Below, in pieces: positions 48,451 through 61,477 of a DNA stretch of 64,000 nt. The stretch covers positions 4,860,854 to 4,924,853 of the forward strand of contig MU058213.1 in assembly GCA_013265495.1 (NCBI GenBank), given 5' to 3'. The position numbers and the translations under genes were made by a program. This DNA is from Vicugna vicugna (Eukaryota). The notes below the pieces were generated by a model, which was not told the origin of the DNA, did no database searches, and saw only the letters and a list, made by a program, of their open reading frames with translations. Numbering within the stretch: the first letter of the stretch is position 1; each line of letters opens with the position of its first letter.

Positions 48451-51400
48451 TGGCATCGTGGTGATGTCGCCTGCATGCTTTCTCCCATTGGGAAAGTCTG
48501 TTTCATCAGTCAGAGGAACTTACCTAATGTGTGTACTATACCGCTGGGTTCCAGAAAAGAAGTTCCTGATTACCCGCCCCAAGCTGGTCTCTTTTTCCCT
48601 GGAGTTTTTAGGCCTGAGTAGCTGTTACCTGCTTAGAGGCTGTAATATCTTTAAGAAGTTACCTGCTGTCAGGATACTGTCATTAGAACCACATTCTCTT
48701 TGAGGTTTCTGCTAGGCTAGAGGTTTTTCTTTCCCTTCTCAGCTTGAAGCATTCCAAGTGATCAGTCTTTTTCTAAGCATGAGATGATGTAGGAAGTGGT
48801 CTCTGTTCGGTCTGTGAGATAGTCAGAAGTAACAGACATTTTAATGAGCCAAAGGTCTCCATTCCTCTGAGCAGACAGGGCTGCTGTCCCCTCCGCATTT
48901 CTCTCCCGGGCTGTGGAAGAGCCTCTCTGGCTCAGCTGTAGTGTCCACTTTTCTCACAATCCGGTAGAACAGCATTAAGCGTGAGTAATGTCCAGGAACA
49001 GTAATTTGCTAAGACGGACACACAGGTCAGACAGGTCAGAGCGCATTCCTGAAAGTGACCCCCTCTGCCTGCAAGGCGGATAGGATGCCCAGAGGCCCAG
49101 CGCTCAGCGTCCCCAGTCAGCTGCCACCCTCGCTGGAAGAAGAGGTCCCAAACCAAAAGTGTTGGAAATAACTTAGCTTCTAGTTTTCAAGTCACTCAAT
49201 ACATGTCAGGGTCCACCTAAGTCATGTTGGCAGCCGGACGTATGACCAGATGCCTGTCCTGGCCTCTGGGGTCCGGGGCCGGCTGTGGCGGTCTGCTAGC
49301 GTCAGTTTGGACATATGTCCAACTGTGTTTCTGGTATTGTTTATTCTCTGAGAACCCATCTAGACCATGGGCTTTTCTTCCTTTGCACAGATCAGTGTCT
49401 GGGATGACCACACACTCCAAATACTCTGGCACAGACACAATTCCAAACAGTCCCTCTCTCTTCTTCCCTTCAAAACGCATTTATGGAGCATCTGTTTATG
49501 CTGAGTATTGGGAATAAAGCAGGGACTACAGCCTCTGTAGAGCTTACGTCCTCGTAAGACCTTGTATTCTGACTTAGGGTTTGGAAATTGCGGTCATCTG
49601 TCACTGGATTCACACGTCAGTAAAACCCTTCCAGCAGGAGTTTAGGCTGAGTTTCTTTTCTAAGGCACTTGCCGCCAAGTACATCTTTATGGAAAACGGC
49701 CGTAGCATGAGCCTGTAAATAAGTTTTAAGCTATGCGTACATCCCAGGGGACAGTTTCATTGAGACATTCTCTGTATAGTTTACTGATGATGCCTGTTGC
49801 TAATTCTGCCGCATTGCTCTGAGGGATTTGGGTTGAATTGGTGGTTAACTTTTCCCTTCTTTGACAATAACTTTTTCATTCCATGCATTTATTAAGGCTT
49901 TTGTTTTCAAGGCATATTGTGGCCTGCCCAGGAGGCTTTTAACAGGCCTAGTGTACATTTTTTAAGATTTGACATTTTTAATACCAAGCAACATTACAAA
50001 GAAGTTAAAAAAATTTAATTATGGAGACTTTCAAACATAAACGAAAGGAGACTGAATCATGTAATGAATACTGGACCCTTCCCCCAGCCGACAACCCTCA
50101 ACCCCTGGTCAGTCCTGCCCCGTCTACACCCCTATCCACTTCCTCCAGCTTTTATCCCAGATGTCATAAATAGTTTAAGCATGTTTCTCTAAAAGTTACA
50201 GTTTATCTCGTAATATAATCACAATGCTATTATCATGCCTAAAACTTAGTATTTATCTTGTGGGGAGATTATCTTAAAGGATATGAGAGGAGAAAAATTT
50301 AGCTACAAACACATCACTGAACATGTTAGCTCTTCTCATTTTCTTCTGGCTTCTCCAGGTTTTGACCAAAAACATACTGACGTTTTATTAAAATGATAGC
50401 AGTCTCCACTCCTTTGTGACTTTTATGGATATAGATTTTATGATTGGGGCAAATATCATTTCTCTGTTCTTCCATCTGCAAGGACTCTTCAGCTGGGCTG
50501 TATTTCCATATTCCAGGTAATTGCCTAGAACCTCTTCCAACTTCTAAAGCTCCTGATTCAGGCATCACATAGTTAGAGAAACTCGTTAAGTGCCAGTCAC
50601 TATTGGATGCCGGGGAATATGGTGGAAAAGAAGGCAAAGAAAGCCCCAGACTTCTTAGAACTTCCAATTAATAGGAAGTAGGCTTTATATATACAGCGAT
50701 GCTAACAGTCACTCCATCGTGTTTGTGGTGAGTGTTGTGGAGACCTGACTGTTCGAGGGGTCAATGAAGGTGACCTTGAGGGAAGGACATTTCAGCCCAG
50801 CAGTGCGCTCTGCAGGCAGCGGTAACAGCCTGTGTAAATGCCTGAGGCAAGAAGCAGGTTGGCTGATACAGGAACAGCAAGGAGGCAGTGAGGCTGGAAG
50901 GGCGTGGGGGCCCTGGGGAGACGGATCACAGGAGGCTGGACAAGAGCCTTCCATCCTGGGCTGCCTCTTCCCAATGGCCCTGGACCCAGGCTGAAGGCTT
51001 CCAGAACCCTGAGGTCTGAGGGCCACACGAGGATGTGGGCTCCAGCTCCTCTCCTCTTGGCCGTCTTGAAGGCTTTGTGGTTCAGGAACGAGCCTTGGTT
51101 TGGAAAGACACACGAGCACTTGAATGCTCCCACCTTGGAAGGAAGAGTAATGTTTACACAGTAGGGTTATTGTGAGGATTAAAGGAAGTGTTATAAAGTA
51201 CGGTGGCTAGACAACAGATATTTCCCCTTCTCTTCTTCATAAACATCCCTCCCCTTGCCCAGCCCAGCCCAGCCACGCCTCACGCTGCGTCAGGAACCCT
51301 CTCCTTGTGGAGTGGCCTCTGCTGGTGGCCCTGCGCCCAGCAAGAGTCCTGTGTCCCTTCCCTGTGGGTCTTTCATTGAGACCCCGATGTGGTAATCATT

Positions 51401-52709
51401 CTTTAGTTCTAATTTTTTGAAAATTAAAATAGGAATGATCCAAAGATCATGTCTGTTTCAAATGAGTTCAAAAATAGAGTGCAAGAGAGCACGAAGGGAA
51501 AAGTGCAATCCTGTCTTACTGAGGAAACTACCGTCAAGGGGGCAGGGTCCATCTTTCTAGGTGTTTCATATACTCAGACACACATTTTTTAAACCAAAGA
51601 TGGGAATATGAAATTTACTATTTTTTACTTCATGAATCTTCGATATCTTTCCACGTGTGTAACTTTCAGATCTGTGACCTCTCGGGCGATGTTCCACAGA
51701 CTTCATTGTCCTTGACGTGTTTGTGTTGGCCTCCATCAGTGGTGGTCCTCACCTCCCGCATGCGTGGGGAGGCACAGCCCTCTGTATCCGGCCACCTGAG
51801 CATTTTCCTGTAAGCCAGTCCACCTGTGAAAGCCTCTGCTTTGCAGAACAGCATTTCCCCAAAGCCTTAGGTCAGCATCAGCCTGTTTTTCAGGAACTGG
51901 GTGGAGTTCGTGAAAGAGCATGCCTTTGTTTTCTGGTATGTGGGGAGTTTCATTAGCGCTTTTCCTCTTCCTAATGAACTGTGTAGTAATCAGGGATATC
52001 TAATTCCAGCTTCTCACTCCACTGACAGCCATTAACCCCCATTCACCGAAACTTAGCTCCCTGCTTCAAGGGTTGCCTCAGTGCCTGTGGGACCTAAGGA
52101 TGAGGGACTTGAGTGGAAGCATTTTGCAGAAAAAAATGCAGAGCATTCCACCCTCATACTTTCTCTCTTTCCAAGTTTGTGCAGAAGAGTGGAAAACATT
52201 GTTTTGTTATTTCTTTAAAAAGCTCACATTGTAAACAAACAATACATAAGGGTATAAAGAAAAAAATCGAATGTTGTCTGGTCTCCAGCATCCCTGTCCT
52301 CCTCATTGTCTCCTCCTTAGAGGTCATTACGATGGAAAATTTGTTGTATTAACTTTGCTTTACTTTTACAAACTTTGGCTGAATGGGCTCACAGAGTACT
52401 TATTATTCTACCATAAATGAATGATTTTAAAATGCAAATTATAGTCTCCTATGTCAAAGATACTTTGCAGGTGCATAGGAAGAATTTATGCCAAGGTGGT
52501 TTAAAAGTGAGTAGAGGAGCAGAGTTGCCGACATGGAATGCACTCAGCCTTCTGTCCCAGGCTCGGTCAGCCCAAAGAAGATTGGATGTAGGCTGGTTTG
52601 TCTGTGAAGTCTAGTTCCTCATCTGGAGTTTCTCCCCTCCCTTGTCTTCTGTGTCGTGAAGGCCTGCTTCTATCCCTCTGCATCTAACAAAGCTGGCAGT
52701 GTGGGGAGA

Positions 52710-52900
52710 TATCCTTAGTGTCAGACAGAATTGGGCTTAAATCTAGGTGTGACCATAATCAAGAGACTCAATCTCTCTGAACCTCAGTTTTCTCAGGTAT
52801 AAAGTGCAGGGGACTGTCACTGCCTCACAGCATGGTGGTGAAGATGAAACATGTAGGGAACATTTCTAGCTTATAGTAGGTGCTCAACACATCTTAACTT
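52710..52900 (+). mobile_element. MIR SINE
   Basis: AATCTCTCTGAACCTCAGTTTTCTCAGGTATAAAGTG...ATAGTAGGTGCTCAACA. Confidence 0.68.
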
Positions 52901-53653
52901 CCCTTCCTCCTGTTTCTTGAGGCTTCGTTCTGTGGAGGTGTGTTAGGACTGGGACACGTTCCCTCTTCCCAAGGGTATTTGCATTTCAACACCGATTGGA
53001 GTCTTAACTGAGGGAGTTAAGGAGTGGAAGATTTATTTGGAGTGAAGTCATGCTGCCTCTGCCTGGCTTTTCAGAAATACTTCATGAATGGTCACAACAG
53101 GTGACCCCACCTTCCTTCCTCAGAACTGGCTCCAGGGTCAGCCCTAACCTTGGAGGACAATTTGGCTGCCAGAATTCTTCCATTGCATGTATCAGACTCA
53201 TGCATTTCAGGCCACATAGTTAGTGATAAGGATGAAGTCATTTCAGAGGAACCGGTATAAAGAGAAAAACAGCATTACTAAGAATGTGAGAGTTCAGACA
53301 CTCACTTTTGTTATCAGGGATGGTACACGTCCAACTGGCACCTCTGTGAGAAGGCGCCTTCTCTGGAAAGACGGGGCCCTGCAGCTGCACTACTAGGTAA
53401 GGGGACAGGGCTTTGGTAGAAATTAGGGAAAGGTGCTGTTCCTCCAGGGTAAAGGCAGGCTGAGCCCGTGACAGGTGTGACTTGGGGAGCAGAGACCAGG
53501 CTGGATTTCTGCTGGCCGCAGTCTCCATTGCCAGGCACCCCAGTGCTGGGGACCACCTGCACAACCACATTCGGTGGCCCCAATATGACAGCTGTCTCCA
53601 CGTGGCCGAAGACGTCAATCATTATCTGTGTCTCTCTTCCTATTCTCTTTTAG

Positions 53654-53809
53654 CATCATGACCCGCGGACTAGAGAACCCACCAGGAAACTCCCTCAGGG
53701 TGTTGTCTATGGTGTGGTGCGAAGATCAGATCAGAATCAGCAGAAGGAGATGGTGGTGTATGGGTGGACCACCAATCAGCTGAAAGAAGAGATGAACTAC
53801 ATCAAAGAC
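53654..53809 (+). CDS. MYZAP: MYZAP coding exon 3 (HHDPRTREPTRKLPQGVVYGVVRRSDQNQQKEMVVYGWTTNQLKEEMNYIKD)
   Basis: ttctcttttag| acceptor, GAC|GTGAGT donor, 156 nt open frame matching recalled MYZAP. Confidence 0.95.
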
Positions 53810-56078
53810 GTGAGTTAAGGATTTTTTTTCCTCGCTTATATAATCTTTTCATAGCACATTAGAGGGTGGAGTTGGAAGCATTGATCTGGATGTGACAAGG
53901 CTTTTTGAAACAATTCTTAGTGGTGTCATTTTGGATGGAAATGTTCCTGCAGATCTTCATGGTGATGTTGAAAGCACAGATGGAATTCTGCAGTGAGGCT
54001 TAGCGTGAACTTCCAGATGCGATTAAGTAAGGATGCACTGGAGACCAAACGGCTTCTTCCGTCCATGCGTGATAAGAGGCTCCTAAGTGGTTTTGCTTAT
54101 AACATTGGACTCTCCTAATGTACAAGTTTGGACAACTGTATGGATAGATCATGGGGGCTGGGAAAGGACCCCTGCAGTCCAAACTTCTAGCTCCATGTGC
54201 CCTATTTAATTCGGTGGGTTTGCAAATAAAGCACAAAGACATGTTGTCAGCTTTTGTTTGAGTTATTGAAAAGAACATCTCTTAATCAAGTATCAAAAAC
54301 AATAAATGCTTTGGGCACCTTCTTTAATGTGTCTCAAAAGATTTGGATACTTGCATAATTCTAAGGAATAAAAAAAATCTTGTTTTGATTTCCAAAGATA
54401 ATAAATGCTTAACAGAGAAAATGAAGAAAAGCCAGAGAAGCTACACTCATACACAGACATGCAGAACATGTATGATAATTGCCAGCTTCAGATCCCCAGA
54501 CGTCCAGCCCCCAGAGAACATTTTGAACCATTCAGAGAGCTTCATTCCTAATTTTCCTGTATAGGAGCAGCTCACACCTTCCTAGTCTCCTGTATTTTTC
54601 TCATGGAAATGCTGAGACCTCCCTCAGTGATGTGCTCTAGATAACATGGTGCAACTTCAGAGGTAGACCTTCTAAGCAGAGGGAGAGTTGCAGATTGCCC
54701 AAGACAAGATGGCAGGCTCAGGCCATCAGGTGCCCAGGTCACAGGGCTGTTTCTGACCTGAATTGCCAACCTCCAGTGTGATCTGCAACTTAAATTAATT
54801 TCCAGGTCCCACCTTCTATGGCTGGCTTCAGATCCACCCTGGCTACTCACTCCTGACTGTGTTGATGGGTTTGTTTGCCCTCCCTTGAGAGTGGGTGACT
54901 CTGGCTTAGCTGGCTTCCTGCAGCTTTTGCCAATGAGAGCGACACGCAACTCCACCCACTCTCCGCCGGTGAGCAGCCCGAGAGCCAGCTCAGGGCTGTG
55001 GACGAAAGCCATCCCGCCTTCCCAGAGTGAAAGGTCGTGCTTTTGGCCTCATTTCCCCAAAATGTTTGTAGTTAATAGCAAGAAAGTAGACCCTGTCATT
55101 AGAATTCATCTGGGGAAAGCTTGGTGTCTTGACTTGCCCTCTCTCTCCTGCCCCGAAATCTCCACCAATATTCAGTCACCCCATAAACATGCAGTCTAGT
55201 TTAAAACACAGCTTCAAAACTAAGTCCCCGCGTGCTGTCCCTGACATACCCGTCACTCTAACCAAGTCTGCCTTTGAGCTTCTCCATTGATAGGTGCTCC
55301 AGAGGCTCCCTTGAGACTCCCTGTTCTGTTGAGGATCCCTGATTTCTTTGTCCATCATAGGGGGCACCAGAAGAAGGGAGAAGACAGAGACTACACGTTA
55401 GGGTTTTTGTCTTTAAAAAAAATGTACAAGGCCCCATTACTCCTCTGGAAGTGGGACTATAGAGAAACTTAAACAAGTGTTTGGGGGTCACCTTGACTTT
55501 TCTTATACTGAGTGCCTTGTGTATTGGTGATTATTGGGGAACTGACTCTCACATGTATGGGCTCATACTTTCCTGTCTCACGTCCCAGACACTTAATTAC
55601 TCTCTGGCAGTCAGAGCCGAGATAGGGGAAACTAGAGGTGGCTTTTGCTTTTTGGTTTTCCGGTTCTCCTAGCCATATTTTTACAAGGTCAACTTGTTAA
55701 AAATTTTCTACCTATAAAACTGTATGATAGGGAAAGGGGAAAGTCTAGCCTGAATATGGTTTTGAGGGTGGCAGGTAAATGGCAACAAACCGGTTTTTCT
55801 TTAGAGCTTCTTATTTGTATAATCAATATTTATTAATGATCATAATTTTATGTAATCATAATATATGTGTATGTATTATTACCCTTGTTATTCGGACAAT
55901 TCCCTTGGCTTCCAACTGGCTATCAGGAGTGATGCCCTCCTTTACTGTCCCAGATTGTCTTGTTCCGAGACTGTTTTTGTGTGAGGTCCTTCTCTCATGA
56001 GGGTTTCTTAAACGTTTTGGAAATCTCACTTGAAAATGTTGTAGCTGGCTGTCTAACTAGCATCTTTGTGGGCTGCAG

Positions 56079-56171
56079 GTGAGAGCCACTTTGGAAAAAG
56101 TGAGGAAGAGAATGTATGGGGACTATGATGAAATGAGACAGAAGATTCGACAGCTCACCCAGGAACTATCA
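56079..56171 (+). CDS. MYZAP: MYZAP coding exon 4 (VRATLEKVRKRMYGDYDEMRQKIRQLTQELS)
   Basis: ctgcag| acceptor with CTAAC at 56053-56057, TCA|GTAAGT donor, 93 nt. Confidence 0.95.
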
Positions 56172-56369
56172 GTAAGTCAACATCTCAGTGACTTGGAAAT
56201 ACAGCAGGATGCTAGAGCAGAGCACCGCCTCAGGTGCTAGTCCCTGAAGGTGTTTGAGTGTACATTGGTTTTTTACGGATCGATTCATATTTTAAAAGAA
56301 CTGAGGGAATTTTGTCACAGAATGGAGTTTAGTATCTGAGGGAAAACTCTGGGGACAAGAACAGTCTTT

Positions 56370-58275
56370 ACATTGGAAGCTTTCCCTCCAAAGGCGGGAG
56401 CAAGACAAGGAAGCCAGCTGCCACGCTGTTCCTTAGCACCGTTCCGGAGAGACTAGCTGATGGAGTTAAACAAGAGAAGGAAATCCAGAGGTTTATAAAC
56501 TGGACAGGCAGATGCAAAGCTATCACTGCTTATAAACTGTATGATTATATACCCAGAAGTCTCGAGTGAACCAATGAAAACACGACTATAAAGCCAAAAG
56601 AATCGTGTAAGGTAGCAAGATAAATGATTAACAGACACACACAAATAGGTTTCAGTATACCAAAAAAAACCCCCCAAAACCCAGAGGAAATAACAGCTAC
56701 ATAAAAAATACCAAAGACCTAGAGGTAAACTTTAACAAGTAGAAAGACACACCATGTACCTAGGAAGGAAGGTTCAGCATTATAATATGTTTGTATCATT
56801 CAAGTTAATACACAAATTTAATAAAATTCAATAAAAATACCAACATATTTTTATTTTATTTTATTTTATTAACAACTAGATTAGGTGATTCCTTGGTATA
56901 TAGAAAACAAACATGAAGAGTTGAGGAAATTCTGGGGAAAAAAGGGCAGTGAAAGAGAATAGCCCTATTAATGTTATGAAAAATTGAGAACGCCTCAGAG
57001 AATAAGATAGTATAGTGTCAGCACATAAACAGACATCATTGACTAAAAGCTCAGAAATATACCCCAACAGATGATAAATGTGGCATCTGAAATAAAGGGA
57101 GGCAAAGGGACCGGTCACTATGTGCTGTTGGGACAGACTTATATCCGGATAAATTCTAAACAGGTCAAAGACTCTAGATGCTAAAATGGAACTTAAAAGT
57201 GTCAGAAGAAAATATGTGTGAATCCTTTTATACTCTACAAGAGGGGAAGGTGTTTTCTGACTATGACATGCAATCCCAAGACCACGAGAGGAAAGACTGA
57301 TACAACTTTGGCTACATTGAAATGAAAACCAGTGCTGGCAGAGACACTGAAGTCAAAGGCAAGGGACAAACTGGGAAAAGTTATTTGCCTTCATATCATA
57401 GACACTCGGCTAATATCCTGAGTATTTAAAGAGCACCCATGAGTCAAGAAGAAAAAGGCCACAGCTCATACAAACAGGCACAGTATCTGTTACAGATAAC
57501 TTACAGTGAAGGAGCGATAAAGACCCTTAAATGCACGACAGGATGCTCTGCCTCATTCTCGTAAGAGGAACTCAAACAGTCCTGCTCTGTCCTTTTTACC
57601 CAGAGGACTAGCAGAACTGCAGGAGTGGGACTGGACGCTGCAGGAGCGGCGCGGTGGGGAGCAGGCAGGCTGCCGTTGGAATGTAACTTGCAGTATCTAC
57701 CCAAATTGCAAATGCCTACCTCCTTGGACTCAGCAATTTTATTCCTAAAAATTTATTCCATAGATAAATCCTCACATATGTGAAATGACATATGTATGAA
57801 TTTAGTTGTTAAGCTCTGTTTGTAATAGTAAGATTGGAAACCTGCATGTCTATTAAGAAGTGGAAAGTAAAATAAATTGTATCTCTACAGTACAATACAC
57901 AGAGTTCTAAAACCAAAAAAAAAAAAAGTGAGTAAGCTCTTCAGAAAGAGAGATTAAAAAATTTCAAAGATATAAAGAGTAGATGGTGAAAAAAGCAAGA
58001 TACAGGGAAATAATCATGTATAGTGTTCTAACATTAACGTAATCCAAGAGGGGGAAATAAATACGTCCAGATTGTTTTACATGTGCACAAAAAGTTACTC
58101 GAAGGATGTCGCAAAAGTAATTAACAGTGGTTCCTGCTTGAGTGGAGCCAAGTGCAGAGTGGGTGAGGTGGTAACAGAGCAGATGGGACAAGGGTGAAAG
58201 GGAGATTTATTTTAGCGTGTACCTGTTCTGCTTTTAAAATGATGAACTCGGTGAATGTATTACCTACTCAAAAAT
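56370..58275 (+). mobile_element. Ancient degenerate L1 (L1ME-like) ORF2 and 3' remnant in MYZAP intron 4
   Basis: A-rich. Recognisable remnants of the RT region (GAAGCTTTCCCT...CAAGACAAGGA...AACAAGAGAAGGAAATC) and C-terminal region (GACTCAGCAATTTTATTCCTAAAAATTTATTCC). No open frame. Confidence 0.75.
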
Positions 58276-59553
58276 TTAAGAAAAAATAACTTTCCTTTAG
58301 TTTAATCAAGCAAATGCTTATGGGAGAAAAAAATTTTTTTAATATTTTTGATTAATAATCTTGAAGGAAAAAAAAAGTCCATTATGTATGATGACATGCT
58401 TTCCATAACCCTTAACGTCTGCAAGGAAGAAGCACGGTCACAGCAGTCATGTGTTAGAGTCTAGTTCATGGCCGGGTTGTGAAATTGTCTGCTTAAGTAA
58501 GTCTTACTGCCTTGATCATAGGGGTGAGGTTATGTAAACATACCCACCTAACCCATTCTCACTGACACAGAGGAGGAGGTTTGTGAAATTTTCACCACCC
58601 TTGGAAGTTCACCCTGCCGTCCACTGACACTAATGACTGTAATTAAAGCCAGAGGATTGGATTTGCAATAGATGCCTAAACAGGTCTCTGCCCCTTGCTC
58701 TCCACTGCCGTCTCCTGTACACCCTCATTCTCATGCTAGGACTGTCTTAGGAGCGCCGGCTCTCTGCCCACAGTCTCTCCTCCTCCAGGCCGCACCATGG
58801 ACTGTCGGCAGGTTAAGGTGCTAACTTATTGCTATGTGAGCACGCTGAGCAAGAACACGCCTCCTGCTCTGGGTCCTGGCCTGCTGTTTCCCTTCTGTCT
58901 CCCTCTCCCAGTTGTGCACCTCCTGCTCTCTCGTGCCTGGCTGCTCCCCGTGGTGCCCACAGTCCGCCCAGGTCTCCCCTGAGCATTCCCAGAACCTTAC
59001 CCCGGTTCTGCCGCCTCCTGGCCTTTCTGTATCCAGCCCTTCTTTAAAGTTGGCTTTAAGACTGGTCTCTGATGAAGCACTCACAAACATGTTAAACACA
59101 CATCCAACAAAGACAGCATAACACAGCTCTTGAGAACTGGGTGAGCCCAAAGGATGTTCCTTCCCGGCTGAGGAGGAAGAGCAGGATGGCTCAGGAAGGT
59201 ATTCCAGCTGGGTTCTGGCTCTGGAGGTAACTGTGCCGCTTAGCTATTTGTGTGCAAACCCCTTAACTCTGATTCTGCTTCCTCCCTTTAAAAGGGAACG
59301 TTACGGCTGCCACGTGGTGTTGTGAGGACTGAGTGAGGCCCTGTGGGGGCATGTGTGAATGTTATCCAGAGGAAGAGCAGTCTTGTCTTTCTGCTCCCGG
59401 GTCATGCCGATGTTGACTTGTTAATTTAAAGCTGTACTTGAAGTACCATTGACGTGGACGTGGCTGCTGTCAGGGGCAAGTCCCCGCCGGATGGGAGGTG
59501 GTTGTGAGTGTGTGTGGACTGGCTGTGTGTAACCATCTCCTCCATCTGTCCAG

Positions 59554-59667
59554 GTCTCCCAGGCTCAGCAGGGCTACCTGGAGAGTCACATCCAAACACA
59601 GTCGTCAGCCCTGGACAGTTTCAATGCCATGAACTCGGCTTTGGCGTCAGACTCCATCAGCCTGCAG
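59554..59667 (+). CDS. MYZAP: MYZAP coding exon 5 (VSQAQQGYLESHIQTQSSALDSFNAMNSALASDSISLQ)
   Basis: ctgtccag| acceptor, CAG|GTACTC donor, 114 nt in frame. Confidence 0.93.
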
Positions 59668-60970
59668 GTACTCATCTGCCCCTTGGTGGCCTGGGTGTCC
59701 CCTGTGACAGTGCAGGCGTGCTTAGCCACAAGTGGGCCCCTAGTCTTTGTAGAAAAGTAAGGCGTTATTGAGAATCCTTTACACATGGCCGCAGTCAAGG
59801 CTGAGCCAGGAAGACAGTGAAGGAAGGAGGTTGAAGGAAGGGCTTCCAAGCTGAGACTCTACACCTTGGAGCTGGAGTTGTTTCTGCTCTTATTAAAATG
59901 GGGGCTTAGATCCTGAGTTCAGAGATCAAGATGTCACGTAATCCACTAGATCCCCAAGTGGTCTTAGGTGTCCGTGCTTGAAACAGCACATCAGCTGGCT
60001 CCCCAAAGCCCAGTGTTTCGAGAAGCTCCAGCAATCACAGAGAAGACAGACATAACCAAAGGCAGTGTGTCTTCATTCATGACGACTCCTAAAGGCTATT
60101 AGCACTTTTTCCCAATTTAGAAATTATTTTGCATTGAAAGAGATCATATGCATTCCAAAAAACATCTTATAGTACCTGGCAGAGAAATAAAAAGAGCCAG
60201 AATCCTACATTTGTGCAAATGTGTGTGTCAGCCCACTTTAAGGTGATTGCTGTCTTGATCAGTTTGATTTGCTAGGAGTTAACCCCTTGAATGTTGCCCA
60301 TTGCTCTTCCAATGGAGCCCCCCATCCAACATGCAAATTAACTTGAAAATGTTCAGAGCAGAACATTATATTCCCCGGAAGCAGCTTCCCTTGGCTTTAA
60401 TTTCCAAACATGTAAACAATAGTTTCTGCCCGCTTCCACCTTTCTTTGGCTCTTAGCTTTTTACCCTCCTCTTGAAGTTTCCACAAGCGATTTCACATCC
60501 TTTCTGGTTCTCTATAAATAATCTGCTAGATAAGCAAACAGAGTTTCATGCTGAGATTATCCACTTCCGCTAGGATCTGGTATTCTCTACTAACAGCTGT
60601 TTGGGCAGTGGTGCCAAGAGCAAAACTGGGCCACGGTCCCACCGTGCTTCTGGGTGGGCCTTGTGTTTGGATTTGTCTGGGAGGCCCATTTCTGGTGGGG
60701 CCTCCATGTCCCACCCTTTTCCTGGCTCTCCATAGTTCATGCCAGCTTTCCCCTGGCCTCAGGCCAAGCCCTACTTTGGGTCTGGCTCATTCAGTAGCCT
60801 TTGTTTTCCCTTCCTCCTGCCATCCAGGGGGCTCACCCAGGCTCCCCTTCCTTCCCTCATGGACATCTCCTCACTCCGGGCCAACCAGGAAATGCTGTCC
60901 CTCACCTGCGTTCAGATCTGGTTGGTATCGAGGTTTTCTTCCCCATCATACTTTTCATTTGCCATCCCAC

Positions 60971-61477
60971 TGTTGACTGAGAAAAATGCACAGTTAGAAG
61001 TTGTAAGTTGCATTTTATTCAGGGACTTCACAAAGGGCTGCTAAGCCCTCGAGTCAGTACTGAGGGAGCTCTGAGGGACTGTTCTGATGAGGTAAGGGAG
61101 GAGCCAGCACATACAGGATTTTTTTGATGGGAAAAAAAAAAAACCCAAAAACCCAAAACCATGTAGTCAAACGTGTAAAGATTATAGTTAATCATAAAGA
61201 ACAGACATCTTAAGTTAATGATTTTTAGTGCTTTTCTATGTATGGGAAGAATACAAGCCTGGGCTCGTTGAAGTGACTTCTTTGATGTGCAACTTCACTG
61301 CCCAGGGCCAGAATCCTGTTTTTTCCATCCTGAATTCCCCTCAGGTGCATCTTTGGAGGGGTGAGGGGTGTGACAGCACTGGCTGATGGTTTGATGGTGG
61401 GGAAAATTCATCGTTTACCCGAATGGCAGGCAACATTCTTTGCTTACTGGAATAGAAGGCAATATTTTTTGTCCACA
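60971..61477 (-). mobile_element. ERV1-type solo LTR (507 bp) in MYZAP intron 5
   Basis: TG...CA ends with short inverted termini (TGTTGAC / GTCCACA), 4-bp flanks CCAC / CCGC, AATAAA on the - strand near 61013. Confidence 0.8.
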
